From positions 1,550,001 through 1,614,000 of the forward strand of contig OZ037846.1 of NCBI GenBank assembly GCA_964035575.1: 64,000 nucleotides of DNA. Direction: 5' to 3'. The stretch's first letter is position 1, and each line of letters begins with the position of its first letter. A program made the translations under genes and the position numbers. Below the pieces are notes generated by a model that was not told the origin of the DNA, ran no database searches, and saw only the letters and a program-made list of their open reading frames with translations. Of this stretch, positions 1-12,231 are shown in pieces. This DNA is from Rhynchopus sp. YZ270_cl-10 (taxonomy: Eukaryota).

Positions 1-780
1 ATTTGTGCATCAGGGCCTGGACGCACCGAGACTGTGCGCTATCTTGTGGGCTTGCCACAGGTGGATCTGGGTCACAAGGATAATGACGGCTGCACTGCGT
101 TGCACTGCGCAGCTGATCAAAAGCATGCAGATGTGGTGGAGGTGCTCATTGATGCAGGGGCTGATATCGACATGCAGGATAACATGGGACGTTCGCCTCT
201 GCACTGGACTTGCCGTTTAGGAGCACTCGACGTTATGAAGTTGTTAGTGAAAGCAGGTGCGGGGGTGGGTGTAACGGACAACGACGGAAACACATGTCTT
301 CTGCGTGCTACATGTCAGGGGCGCACCGAGACTGTGCGCTATCTTCTCTGCCTGCCAGAGGTGGACGTGAATGACTCAAATAACAGGGGCTCCACTTCAC
401 TGCACCGCGCAATGTTACGGAAGCGCTCAGTTGTGGTGAAGGTACTCATTGACGCTGGGGCAGACGTCGAAGCAAAGGACAGCAAGGGACGTACGCCTCT
501 GCACTGTGCTTGTATGGTGGGAAATCTTAAAAATGTGCAGATGTTGGTTGTAGCAGGTGCGGATGTGTGTGAGGTGGATGACAAGAGTGACAGATGCCTC
601 AGCGTTGCGGCTCGTTATGGACACACCGAGACTGTGCGCTATCTTGTGGGCTTGCCAGAGGTGGATGTGAGTCACAGAAATTTGTTGGGCCACACTGCAT
701 TGGATCGTGCCGGGCAGAAACAACATGCAGATGTGGTGCAGGTTCTCCTCGAGCATCGTGGGGAAGTCTTTGCGCAATAA
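1..780 (+). CDS. Ankyrin-repeat protein, 5'-truncated by the window edge
   Basis: Frame open from base 1 to TAA at 778-780; about 7 ankyrin repeats (GCTALHCAA, GRSPLHWTC, GSTSLHRAM, GRTPLHCAC, GHTALDRAG; LIDAGADxD). Confidence 0.9.
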   Translation: MCASGPGRTETVRYLVGLPQVDLGHKDNDGCTALHCAADQKHADVVEVLIDAGADIDMQDNMGRSPLHWTCRLGALDVMKLLVKAGAGVGVTDNDGNTCLLRATCQGRTETVRYLLCLPEVDVNDSNNRGSTSLHRAMLRKRSVVVKVLIDAGADVEAKDSKGRTPLHCACMVGNLKNVQMLVVAGADVCEVDDKSDRCLSVAARYGHTETVRYLVGLPEVDVSHRNLLGHTALDRAGQKQHADVVQVLLEHRGEVFAQ

Positions 781-1201
781 GGTATTGTCTGTTTTCAACT
801 GACGGGGCAAGAACCTTCAGAAGCAGTTCAACGAAAAGTATACAGTACTCCAAATATGTTTGTTTCGAGTGCGAAACGTTTCTCCATGTATTGCACGGGA
901 AACAATATGACAAACAGGTGCAGGGTGGTTCCGGTTTCCTTTCCACCTCCTCCTCTCTCCTCCCCCCCTCCACACAGCCGCACACCATTTGTAGCGCCAA
1001 AGGCTAGTGCACTGCTGTCGAACACATCACCAGCACAGCGCACAGCCCAGCATTAAAACCTTTTCTGTCTTCAGCTTCACCACGACGAAACCCCCTCTCT
1101 GTCAGCTAGCTCTCAGCAGCTTTCCTACCTACTTATAACCCACACCTTCTCACCCACCCCCATACAACACCCTACAGGATCCTCACAACACCACTCTAAC
1201 T

Positions 1202-2688
1202 ATGGCCATCTCTGCTGCACGCGCCGCTATCGGCGACACTCTCAAGCGCGCCCCGAACCTGGCGAACCGCAAGGCCGGTATGTTCAAGAAGAGCTCCGCA
1301 GAGCTGATGACGATGGAGGGCAACTACGCAGCGAAGAACTACTCCCCGATGCCCGTCGTCTTCTCGCGCGCGGAGGGCGTGAAGGTGTGGGACCCCGAAG
1401 GCAAGGAGTACTACGACTTCCTGAGCGCCTACTCCGCGACCAACCAGGGGCACAACAACCCACGCATCTGCGCGGCCATGAAGGACCAGATCGACTCCCT
1501 CGCGCTCTCCTCCCGCGCCTTCTACAACGATATGTTCCCGAAGTTCGCAGAGTTCCTGACCGAAGTGACCGGCTACGAGAAGTTCCTCCCCGCCAACTCT
1601 GGTGCCGAAGCTGTCGAGGCTGCCATCAAGGCTGCCCGCAAATGGGGCTACCGCGTCAAAGGCATCCCCAAGGATGAGGCCATCATCGTGGTGTGCAAGG
1701 AGAACTTCCACGGACGTACCACTGCTATTATTGGGTTCTCGACCGACCCTGATGCCTACCTGGACTACGGACCCTTCGCGCCTGGCTTCGAGGTGATCGA
1801 CTTCAACGCGCCCGAACAGCTGGAGGCTCTGCTCGCAGCAAAGGGAGACAAGGTCGCAGGGTTTCTCGTGGAGCCCATCCAGGGGGAGGCCGGAGTGTTT
1901 GTGCCTGATGAGGGCTACCTCGCGAAGTGTCATGCGCTGTGCAAGAAGCACAACGTGCTGCTGATGGCGGACGAGGTGCAGACCGGGTTCGGACGTACCG
2001 GAAAGCTCTTTGCGTCGGACTACGATGAGATCAAGCCGGAGATTATTGTGGTCGGCAAGGCGCTGTCGGGTGGGCTGTACCCTGTCTCGGGTGTGCTGGC
2101 GGATGCGGAGGTGATGGACGTCTTCACCCCCGGCACCCACGGGTCCACCTTCGGAGGATCGCCCATCGCCGCCGCGGTCGGTATCGAGGCAGTGTCGACC
2201 CTTCTCGACGGTGGCATGGTCCAGGCCTCCTACACCCTCGGACAGCTCTTCCGTGATGAGCTCTCGGCATTCGCCGAGACACAGACCGCACACAAGATCG
2301 TCGTCCGTGGTCGTGGGCTTCTGAACGCTATGGAGGTTGACCCCGTGCTCGACGGAGGCAACTTCGCGAAGAACTGGTGCGTCAAGATGGCAAACCAGGG
2401 TGTCCTCGCCAAGCCTACCCACGGCAACATTGTCAGGTATGTGCGTTTTTTTCTCTCTCGAAATATTTGATTTCGTTTTGTGGATAATGTTACGTCCACT
2501 AAAGTAAACGAACGGGGAGACAAATCATGTACGCGAAGTACCGTATTCTTTTTTTTCAAAGTTAACGCCCTCCCTCAAAACCCAACAGATTCTCCCCCCC
2601 TCTTGTGATCACGGAGGCTGAGGTTCGTCACTGCACCAAGGTGATCATCCAGGCGTACACTGAGGCCTACGCCGAGGCACAGAAGTGA
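1202..2688 (+). CDS. OAT: Ornithine aminotransferase (class III PLP aminotransferase); exons 1202-2436 and 2589-2688, 444 aa
   Basis: Motifs YYDFLSAYSATNQGH, NSGAEAVEAAIK, NFHGRT, EPIQGEAGV, DEVQTGFGRTG, GKALSGG (PLP lysine), HGSTFGGSP. Splicing intron 2437-2588 (AG|GTATGT...CAG) gives HGNIVRFSPPLVIT, the conserved OAT C-terminal motif; TGA at 2686-2688. Confidence 0.95.
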
Positions 2689-2756
2689 ATTTGTCCAACG
2701 AGATAAACAAACAAAACAAAAAAAAGTAAATCAAAAAAAAAGAAAGAAGCAAAACT

Positions 2757-2791
<35 letters not shown>

Positions 2792-3089
2792 AACAACTAA
2801 AACTGAAACTGAAAGAGGAAGGGAGGGTTCATTTGTGGGTTGTTTTTTTTATACCTACAAGCTTAAAAGGAGAAAATAGTTACCTCAGATACGGTCGCCA
2901 ATCACCCCCCCTCCAACAAGGGGGTAATTGAGCAATCAACGAAAAAACCTTTTTTTTTTTCTCCCTTTTTTCTTACCTATCAGAGTTACTATTTTTTTAT
3001 ATCAAATTAACGATCCCCCCAACTTTCCGGAGGGCTAACAAACGGGGGCAGGAGGTTTTAGTTTTCCCCACCCCCACCCCACCCCCTTA

Positions 3090-3259
3090 CACGACGTTGA
3101 AGTAACTGACTTTACTTGTGGTTTTACATGTAATTTTACTTGTGAAAATAGTTTACTTGTTTTTTGTAGCACACGTAAAAACATAAGCGTACAGCTTAAA
3201 CACAAGTAAAAAAAATGACATGTAAAACCACAAGTAAAGTAATTTACTTCAACGTCGTG
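3090..3259. mobile_element. 170-bp MITE, TIR CACGACGTTGAAGTAA, TA on both flanks
   Basis: 16-bp perfect inverted termini; TA at 3088-3089 and 3260-3261. Confidence 0.75.
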
Positions 3260-4343
3260 TACCCCCATACCCCCCCTTTTTTTCGTGATAAGGTCGTCTA
3301 TAGCGCTGTTGTTGTTGTTGTTGTTTTTACAAAATAACTTGCCCAGAAAAGGGTTTTGCTATTTACGACGTTCTCCTTTGAAAGCTGTAACCAAGTACTC
3401 TTGGGCTGACTTTTCACCTATAAACTTTTTCTCCCTTGTTTTATTTTGTGATTGTGTGTACCCTCTATCCCTAGCCCTTATGGTGGGGAAGGGGGGCTAT
3501 TTTTGGTGTTTTTTTTTTTTTTTTTTTGCTAATCCGCCTTTTTAAAAAAAAAAACAAAAAGAAAAGAAAAGAAAACCGCGAGAATTTCAAATAAAACAGC
3601 AACAACAACAAAATTAGTACTTTTTTGAGTACCTTTTTTTCATGATGATTTGCCCCCTTTTTTGATACTTTTTCAAGAAGAAATAAGGAAAATAATTATG
3701 CCAACGTTGTTGGATTACATTGAAAGGAGTCCGTGGGTAATTTATCCAAAGGAACTGATCCGTTATCAGAAAGCATCTTTACGACAATAAAACAAGGGGG
3801 TGCTCTCAACTGATACTATAACCACACAATACAAGAATTCTCGTCCCCTCTTTTTTTACTTTTATTATTTTTTCAAAAAAAGCAAAAAAAGAATACAACT
3901 GTTTTTTGTTTGTAATGTGCGAAATTGACGCCACTTCCTCTAAAACTAGAGCACTACAGCGCACTGATCACTCCTTCTTAACTTTGTCTGGGTGGAACAA
4001 ATGTACTAGGTAAACACGAATCGGGCACTACTTCATGAACTTCAGTGAGTTGAGTTGAGTTTAGAACACTGGACTGGCCTTCGATGGTCATATGACGACG
4101 CATACTGGGAATGATCCTCACCGGGGGGGGATTGCGTCGAGAACCACGTCAAACCGAAAATTTCAAAAACAAAAGTTTTTAATTATTTTCTAGCGACAAC
4201 TTCCATGCAGCACCAACTATTTTCCCCTCTTATCTTGAAGTCAGATTTCTATTTCCCTCCACTTCCACCCCAACTTCCAAAAACGCACATCCCCCACAAG
4301 ACTCCAGAGGCTCTTCCCCCTCTCTCTTACCCTTCTCTTCACA

Positions 4344-5273
4344 ATGCTTCGTACCGCCACTTCTGTTCTTAAGGTGTTTGGTCTTGAGGAAATGCTGACT
4401 GGCGTGCCTACAGGCACACCGATGGAGGATCTTGTCGCGCTTGGAGCGTCTCGGCAGGTTGTTGGGGGGCTTAACTTTCATCAGACGAGTTTGCAGGAGG
4501 CGCTTACTGCGGCGAGGGCGGACTGCAAATTTGTTTGTGTACTGCTTTTGAGCCCGCAGCACGAAGAAATGCGTGCCTACATCACAAACCTTTTCAGCGA
4601 CGAGGTCTGTGACATCCTGCGCCGAGAGTACATTCTCTGGGTCGGCAACGTGCACACCCCTGAGGGCTGCGACCTCTCCCGCCGTCTGCGTGCCGCCACC
4701 TTCCCTTATCTTGCTGTGCTCTACAGCCATACCTCCACCAAGATGATTTGCCTCAAATCTTTGGAAGGCTCTCACCGTCCTCAGGTCATTGACGCTACGT
4801 TGAGGCATTGTCAAGACACTGCGGGGAACCTTTTGGTGACGCAGCGCGCTGATAGGATGGAGGCGACTTCGAGGAGACGTTTGCAGGAAGAGCAGGACGC
4901 GGCGCTGCAGGCTGCAGAGGAGGAGGACAGACGGAGGGCGGAGGAGGAGAGAGTGGTGCGGGAGAGGGTGCAGGCGGAGGCTAGCAGGTTGGAGAGGGAG
5001 CGGGTTGAGGCAGAGCGGGCCTTGAAGCTGAAGGAGGAGGAATTGGCAGCGATCAGGGTGCGCGAGGCGGAACGTCTCGGGGAAGAGCCGTCGGAAGGCA
5101 GTGACGGTGGTGTAGGCCTCGCAAAGCTCCGTGTGACCATGCTGGATGGGTCGTGTGTGGAACGGCGCTTCCTCAGAAGCGATAAAATAGCGAAGGTAGC
5201 GGCGCTAGTCTACACACACCCGTCGTTTACGAATGACAAAGGGTTTGCGATTTGCACGACGTTCCCGGCCAAG
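4344..5273 (+). CDS. UAS + coiled-coil + UBX domain protein (FAF2/UBXD8-like p97 adaptor), exon 1; last exon uncertain (candidate 5536-5613)
   Basis: UAS-like region (SLQEALTAARADCKFVCVLL...FPYLAVL), E/R-rich coiled coil, UBX (LRVTMLDGSCVERRF...TTFP). Donor AAG|GTATGC at 5274; pyrimidine tract + TAG acceptor ending 5535. Confidence 0.85.
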
Positions 5274-5314
5274 GTATGCGTGTTGTGTGTTTGAGAACTA
5301 ATAGGGGGGGTCAT

Positions 5315-5381
5315 CAGTGTTCCTAATTTTGCGTTTAAAACGTTTAAAACGTTTAGTTTAAAACTCGGGTTAGGAACACTG
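5315..5381. mobile_element. 67-bp hAT-type MITE inside the UBX intron
   Basis: TIR CAGTGTTCCTAA; 8-bp TSD GGGGTCAT (5307-5314, 5382-5389). Confidence 0.85.
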
Positions 5382-5649
5382 GGGGTCATTCTTGCGCAGA
5401 ATATGGCTCCGATAGGTGTGTGTGTCTGAAAAAAAGTGGTGAGTCAGACCAAGAAGCATTTTAATAAAGTGGAAGATCTTATTGGGGAACACACACAAAA
5501 AGTGTCACTTGTCGTTCCCTCCCCCCTTCTTGTAGTTGTTTGATGCGTTGACGCTTCCACACACACTAAAAATTACCTGTTGGTTGGTGGTGTTGCGGAG
5601 CACGGTTGGGTGAGTGAACGACGTGACACTTTCCGCTCACAAAGTAGTG

Positions 5650-6490
5650 TGCGTAAAAAAAAAAAAAAAACAAGTAATTGCTATCGGAAAAAAACCCGGG
5701 TGTGCTGTGGAACTCCACTCTGAAAAAAATATAATCTACAACACGCCAGCATTCTGCTCTTCTGCAGGTATGCTAAAACGCTCTTCGTACGCTGGACCCA
5801 CTGGGATGGCTGTATCTGAAACTTTTAAACAGTGGGGCTGTCCTCTTCGTCCAGCACCATCTGCTCGATCGCGTTATTGGACGTAGTCTCGGCAGGCTCG
5901 ATAACCATTCGCTCGGGCGGCCTCGGCATGTTCCAGCTCGTAGTCGTCCACAGGCTCCCACGCATCGTCGTCGTCATCAGAGCAGTGCGGAAGGAACACA
6001 TAATGCACAGACGACAACGCGTCGTCGATCGCACCAGGCATCGTCAGCACCTCCAGAAAATCGCCAGGATGCTATGGTGGTTTCGAAAATCGCGCGGAGT
6101 TATCCACAGCACACCCCATTTTTTTTCTTAGCAATTAGTTGTTCTTGTTATTATTGTTTTCCACACACCTTCCTTCAACCCTTGTAGGATCAGTTCGTAT
6201 TTTTTTCGCGAAAACATGAAATTACACATTTCAAGAGAACAAAAAATTAAAAAGGGTCCCGTCAATGGGACGCCGTAAACCATAAGTCCTCAGTGTCAGC
6301 CGCATCATTTCAATGAAACCAAAAAGTGGCTTATTTGCATTTTTGGGCTCCGCCCGTGCAGCGGTGGGGTCATTTCGGAAAATTGGACAATTTTTTGACC
6401 ACTTAAATTTTGAGAAATATGAGCCCGGTTCCTTATACGTGGGGCCCATTTTTGGCCAAAATTTTTCTCAAAATCGACGAAATTAAAATT
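5650..6490. repeat. Dispersed repeat; further copies at ~13610-14330 (same strand) and ~22030-22740 (inverted)
   Basis: Near-identical blocks such as caagtaattgctatcggaaaaaa and cagcattctgctcttctgcaggtatgc in all three places; no intact shared ORF. Confidence 0.8.
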
Positions 6491-6592
6491 AGACCCCTTA
6501 CCCAGAATCATTTCAATACACTACCTGTATTGGTTGCTGACGCGTGTATACAGGAAGGTTGGGAAAAAAATACTCCAGGAATTGATTGGCAG

Positions 6593-7298
6593 CAGGGCCT
6601 TCAACCATCGACAAAGTCTGTCCACAGTTTTGTCGAAGTAAAAAAAAAAAAAAAAAACTGACCTCCCCGAGCCCGCGCGCGCTTCGCGCGCGCGGGTGTA
6701 GCAAATCACAGGGAGAAGCTCTCAGGGGTTTATACAGGTTTTGGTCATTTTTGAAAACTCTGTCAGCCAAAAAACTCCGCCTGTCCCACACACGTGTATT
6801 TCAACACAAGCAGCATTGGTAGCTTTGTAGCCACTGGTGATCCACAAGCCGTAGTGGGTATCACACCTGTCGTATCAGTAAGCTCAGTACATTTATAACA
6901 ACAAAGGTCCCTGGCGAAGCCACGGTACGCAACATTTCAAATATTGCGCATACCATGGCGCTTTATTTACAGCCAAACTATGTCATGGGAAGGGTGGAAT
7001 GCCTGCTTGCGCCGCAGGCGCACGGTACGCTACTTTTGTCTGGCTCACTCCTCGTTGGGTTCTACGAGCGGTTCTACGAGCTCTGTCCAAATGGTCACAG
7101 TGGATCACAGGAGAATGTTAAAGTTAAAACCCTGAACCGAGTTTCTCCCGTGGACTACCCTGCAACTCGGTCAGAAACAAAAGGATTTTGCCAAAATCCC
7201 ATATTTTTTTTAGATTTGTCGAACTTCGACAAAAAAAAAAACCAAAAAAAAAAAAGTTGTCGAAGTTAAGGCTTAACTTCGACACGTTGAAGGCCCTG
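6593..7298. mobile_element. hAT-type non-autonomous element
   Basis: TIR CAGGGCCTTCAAC; 8-bp TSD ATTGGCAG (6585-6592, 7299-7306). Confidence 0.85.
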
Positions 7299-8109
7299 AT
7301 TGGCAGCAATTAGGTGCAAAAAAAAACACAACGACACAACACAGGTGCTTGATTCCGACACAACAATTGAGGAGGAGAAGCTGTACCCACGAGCCGTCGT
7401 GGTGGCGAAGGCGCTCTGATTGTTGTGTGTTTTTTTCCCCCCCAGAGATGTGCGGGGAGGGGGGGGGCTTTCTTGGTGGTGCTGCTGACAAATGACTGCA
7501 GTGTTTTACTACGATAGTATGGTTCCACCAGTATCACTACTAGTTTAGCACGAGTCGTTCTACTCGACGAGTCGTTCCACTAATAGTAGTCCGCCTGGCA
7601 AGTCCGCCGTGATGGCAGGTAGCTGCATCCACTACATATTTCAAAACCATTTCTTTATTCATGGGGGGAGATGGAAGGAGTTCTGTCGGTGAGGGGGGGT
7701 TTGGGAGTTTGGGAATTTGGGGGTTAAAACAGATTTTTTTCCCCCCCTTAGTTTCGAGTGCGAAACGCGTTGTGTGTGAAGTTTTGAAGGAAGGAAAAGT
7801 ATGATGAAAAACTTCCCCCCCCTTTTTTTTTGGCTTTTTGTTTTTGGGTACAACACCCATGAAAAGGAAGCCATTTTTCTCCCTTTTTTTTCTTTTTGAA
7901 AACTAAATTGTCTTAGTGCAGGCACCCAGGGGACGTGCTCCGCTGCACATGCGCTTCCTTCTTCCCTCTCGCTGGCGTTTCAAGAACAATATATCTCATC
8001 ATGTTGCCAGTAAACGAGAAACGTTAACATTCCTTGTGTTGAGCGTTTCTTAAGAGTTTCCTTAATATATCGTTGGGACGTAATAGTGCTTTAGCTTTCT
8101 TCGGTTATG

Positions 8110-8437
8110 CATGGATTACAAAAGATCTTAATTAAGATATGACCGATCTTAGTGTTTTTTTTTAATTAAGTAAGATCTTAGTGTTTTTTGTTAAGATCTT
8201 AGTTTTTTTCTTAAGATCTTAGATTTTTTTTTTAAAAGATCTTAGTTTTTTTTATTAAGATCTTAGTTTTCACAAAAAAAACTAAGATCTTAATAAAAAA
8301 AACTAAGATCTTAACAAAAAAAACTAAGATCTTAAAAAAAAAAAAACTAAGATCTTAGTGGAAAAAAAAAACTAAGAAGATATCAAAACCCCGCTCAAAA
8401 AAAAAATTCCCCTTACTAAGATCTTTTGTTTTCCATG
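8110..8437. mobile_element. MITE with CATGG termini, 6-bp TSD and many AAGATCTT subterminal repeats
   Basis: CATGGATTACAAAAGATCTTA ... TAAGATCTTTTGTTTTCCATG; TSD GTTATG (8104-8109, 8438-8443). Confidence 0.8.
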
Positions 8438-8980
8438 GTTATGGTAATACCCCAAAAATACCCAAAAAAAAAAATAACTTTTTCAAGAAAGGCCGCCTGC
8501 CACGTATGAGGATTAATGAAAAATACCCCACTAGCCACCGCTTTTTTTTTGTCGTTTTTTTGTCGCGACTGAATAAAAAATGAAAGATCTCCCCTTCCCC
8601 CTTACAAATGTTTATCCCCATGTGACCCAGCTCCCCCTTCCATGGAAGGCATACTAGTTATTACTTTCACGACACTAATGAATGTCATTACATTTGAAGA
8701 TTGCAGCCCCCCGACCAAGTCCTCAACAGGAGTACTGCACCGCCCGCCTGAAGTTGTCTCTCGAGCAGTCCAGATTCAGCTCGATAGGCTCGTTCTCCGT
8801 CCCCAGGTCCTTCGCAAAGTGTCGCAGAGGGTGTGTGGAGGTCCTATGCTAGCGACGGCTGCTCTGCTATGCCTAGGGGAAGGTGGTGTACGACAAGGTA
8901 GGTCCCGTACACGCAGGTTTTTGTAGCTCTGGAGCAGATCCGTCTGTGCGCAATGAATATCATGCCTCTTGTGTGGCATG

Positions 8981-9134
8981 TGTTCTGACACCTCCACCCA
9001 CCCCCATTTCCACAGGATCTTACAATGTACACAATGCGCTGTCTGGAGGGTGTGCTGTCGTTGGACGGGACACTGGACGCTCGAGCACGTCGGAAGCAGA
9101 CGTTGTTCTTCGTGATGTGCTTTGTGGCGCTGTT
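8981..9134 (+). pseudogene. 5' fragment (leader + ~36 codons) of the multi-TM adenylate cyclase, cut off by a transposon end at 9148
   Basis: Nearly identical to ~25583-25736 (ATG at 9025, MYTMRCLEGVLSLDGTLDARARRKQTLFFVMCFVAL). Confidence 0.85.
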
Positions 9135-9729
9135 TTGTACAATAGTGTAGGGGGTCTCCTGGTCAGTATATTAGCTGTCCGAAAAATTAGTAAATAAATA
9201 AAAAATGCTCTATGTGCTCAGAAACGGCACAGGGGTCCCCCAGAAAACATTTTCTGCACAATTCGTCACAACCCGCACTGGATTAGTGCCTTTTTTTGGG
9301 CCTAAAATTCAAAAATTCAAAAATGGCTTTGTACAAGGGCGTTTTTTGCGTGTTTTTTCATGATTTTTCAAAGTCGCCAAAAATCATGTAAAATACGGCT
9401 TCCCACCCAACATTCTCCCCACAGCGTCGTTCTGGCACCCATATGCCCCAAAAAAACAGGTTTTTTTATATTTTTTTCCACACCCAATGCATCATAAAAA
9501 ATACACATTTCCACCAAACTCTACTAACCCACCGCACCCACAAGAAAGTTTCTTAACTATGTGTACCTAAGTGTTCAGATCGACGCGTTTTTAAAAAAAA
9601 GTAAAACAAAATCATAAAAAATGGGGTAAAACGCCACCTGGGGTCACAAGGCCCAGGCTCCTACCTTTACAGGTAGGGGAGCTGTTGAGTGACCCATCGG
9701 AAAATGGGTCAATGTCTATTCAAGAAATC

Positions 9730-10716
9730 TTTTGAGCCGTACTGTATTGTGCCAATTGGTCGCCAGCTAAAATGTCACTAATTTTACATCTGTAACCTGT
9801 CTTATGGGTGCATGCTGCGTGCGCTGGCTGCAATTGTGATATTTTGAGTCGAATAAAATTGTACTAATTGGTCGCCAGCTAAAATGTCACTATTCGAACC
9901 AGTTCTGTCTTCTGTAACGTGTCTTATTGCGTGCGCTGGCTGCAATTGCGATATTTTGAGTCGAATTGTATTGTACTAATTGGTCGCCAGCTAAAATGTC
10001 ACTATTCGAACTAGTTCTCACATCTGTAAGCTGTCTTATGGATGCATGCTGCGTGCGCTGGCTCCAATTGAGATATTTTGAGAAGAATTGTATTGTACTA
10101 ATTGGTCGCCAGCTAAAATGTCACTAATCGAACTAGTTCTCACATCTGTAACCTGTCTTATGGGTGCATGCTGCGTGCGCTGGCTGCAATTGCGATATTT
10201 TGAGTCAGATTGTATTGTACTAATTGGTCGCCAGCTAAAATGTCACTATTCGAACTAGTTCTGTCTTCTGTTACCTGTCTTATGGGTGTATGCTGCGTGC
10301 GCTGGCTGCACTTGCGATATTTTGAGTCAGATTGTATTGTACTAATTGGTCGCCAGCTAAAATGTCACTATTTGAAGCAGTTCTGTCTTCTGTTACCTGT
10401 CTTATGGGTGTATGCTGCGTGCGCTGGCTGCAATTGAGATATTTTGAGTCGAATTGTATTGTACTAATTGGTCGCCAGCTAAAATGTCACTATTCGAACC
10501 AGTTCTGTCTTCTGTAACCTGTCTTATGGGTGCATGCTGCGTGCGCTGGCTACAATTGAGATATTTTGAGCCGAATTGTATGGTACTAATTGGTCGCCAG
10601 CTAAAATGTCACTATTCGAACCAGTTCTCACATCTGTAACCTGTCTTATGGGTGCATGCTGCGTGCGCTGGCTGCAATTGCGATATTTTGATCCGAATTG
10701 TATTGTGCTAATTGGT
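9730..10716. repeat. Tandem array A, 122-bp unit, ~8 units (first two 112 bp)
   Basis: AATTGGT at 9754, 9866, 9978, 10100, 10222, 10344, 10466, 10588, 10710. Confidence 0.95.
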
Positions 10717-10718
10717 TA

Positions 10719-11273
10719 TGAAGGGACGTGTCTTATTCTTGCGGTATATTTTGGATGATATCGGCTACGCTGCGGTGCTCGCAACAGCTGGGGGTGGTGG
10801 TGGAGATGTGATGCAGGTGCTGACATTGAGGTAAAGAACAAGGACGCTGAGTGTTGAGAAGGTGTCGGTCAGAGCAGGTGCGGAAGTGTGTGTCACAGAC
10901 AACAATCGAAACACATGTCTTATCCTTGCGGCACATCACACCGAGACTGTACGCACTCTTCTGTGCCTGCCTGAGGTGGATTGTGTGAATCAGTCAAATA
11001 CGAGCGGCTTCACTCCACTGCATGGCGCAGTGTCACAGAAACACCCAGATGTGTCGAAGTTGCTCATTGATGCAGGGGCAGACATCGAAGCCGTTAATTA
11101 CATAGGCAGGACACCTCTTCACTGTGCTTGTGAGGTTGGGGCACTCGAAATTGTGGAGATGTTGGTGAAAGCAGGTGCGGACGAGAGTGTGGTGGACAAC
11201 AAGAGTCACACATCTCTCAACATTGCGGCATATCGTGGGCATACCGAGACTGTGCGCTATCTTGTGGGCTTGC
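10719..11273 (+). pseudogene. Ankyrin-repeat gene fragment, paralogous to 1-780
   Basis: GFTPLHGAV, LIDAGADIEA, GRTPLHCAC, GHTETVRYLVGL; stops/deletions at the 5' side; 3' end truncated by the transposon end at 11274. Confidence 0.8.
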
Positions 11274-11360
11274 TAGGGGGTCTCCTGGTCAGTATATTAG
11301 CTGTCCGAAAAATTAGTAAATAAATATAAAATGCTCTATGTGCTCAGAAACGGCATAACT

Positions 11361-12210
11361 TGACATGTGTTTATGGAATTGGTCCCGTACCAAGGTGTCT
11401 TGTTCGGTGTGATTTGTGCTGAAATGGATAGATGCTGAGGGTAAATGCTGCAAGCGCTAGGTATTCCGTGGCACATAATAATTTGATATGTGTTTGTGGA
11501 ATTGGTCCCGTACCAAAGTGTCTTGTTGGGTGTGATTTGTGCTGAAATGGATAGATTCTGAGGGTAAATGCTGCAAGCGCTAGGTATTCCGTGACGCAAA
11601 TAAATTGACATGTGTTTGTGGAATTGGTCCCGTACCAAAGTGTCTTGTTGGGTGTGATTTGTGCTGAAATGGATAGATTCTGAGGGTAAATGCACATGTG
11701 TTTGTGGAATTGGTCCCGTACCAAGGTGTCTTGTTGGGTGTGATTTGTGCTGAAATGGATAGATTCTGAGGGTAAATGCTGCAAGCGCTAGGTATTCCGT
11801 GACGCAAATACATTGACATGTGTTTGTGGAATTGGTCCCGTACCAAGGTGTCTTGTTGGGTGTGATTTGTGCTGAAATGGATAGATTCTGAGGGTAAATG
11901 CTGCAAGCGCTAGGTATTCCGTGACGCAAATACATTGACATGTGTTTGTGGAATTGGTCCCGTACCAAGGTGTCTTGTTGGGTGTGATTTGTGCTGAAAT
12001 GGATAGATTCTGAGGGTAAATGCTGCAAGCGCTAGGTATTCCGTGACGCAAATACATTGACATGTGTTTGTGGAATTGGTCCCGTACCAAGGTGTCTTGT
12101 TGGGTGTGATTTGTGCTGAAATGGATAGATTCTGAGGGTAAATGCTGCAAGCGCTAGGTATTCCGTGACGCAAATAAATTGACATGTGTTTGTGGAATTG
12201 GTCCCGTACC
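11361..12210. repeat. Tandem array B, 122-bp unit, ~7 units (one 86-bp deleted unit)
   Basis: AATTGGTC at 11377, 11500, 11622, 11708, 11830, 11952, 12074, 12196. Confidence 0.95.
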
Positions 12211-12231
12211 ACAACCGCAACCGCAATAATT

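Noticed and set aside
1196..2422. 408-aa minus-strand ORF and similar antisense ORFs over the cyclases
   Set aside because: Shadows of GC-rich codon usage on the true + strand genes; no motifs.
2437..2470. OAT ending at 2470 as in the ORF track
   Set aside because: Read-through into an intron; the spliced form restores the conserved RFSPPL motif.
5536..5613. Confident final UBX exon
   Set aside because: Good acceptor and in frame, but the peptide matches the UBX C-terminal consensus poorly; kept only as a candidate.
9730..12210. CRISPR array
   Set aside because: Units within each array are near-identical along their whole length, with no unique spacers and no cas genes; eukaryotic context.
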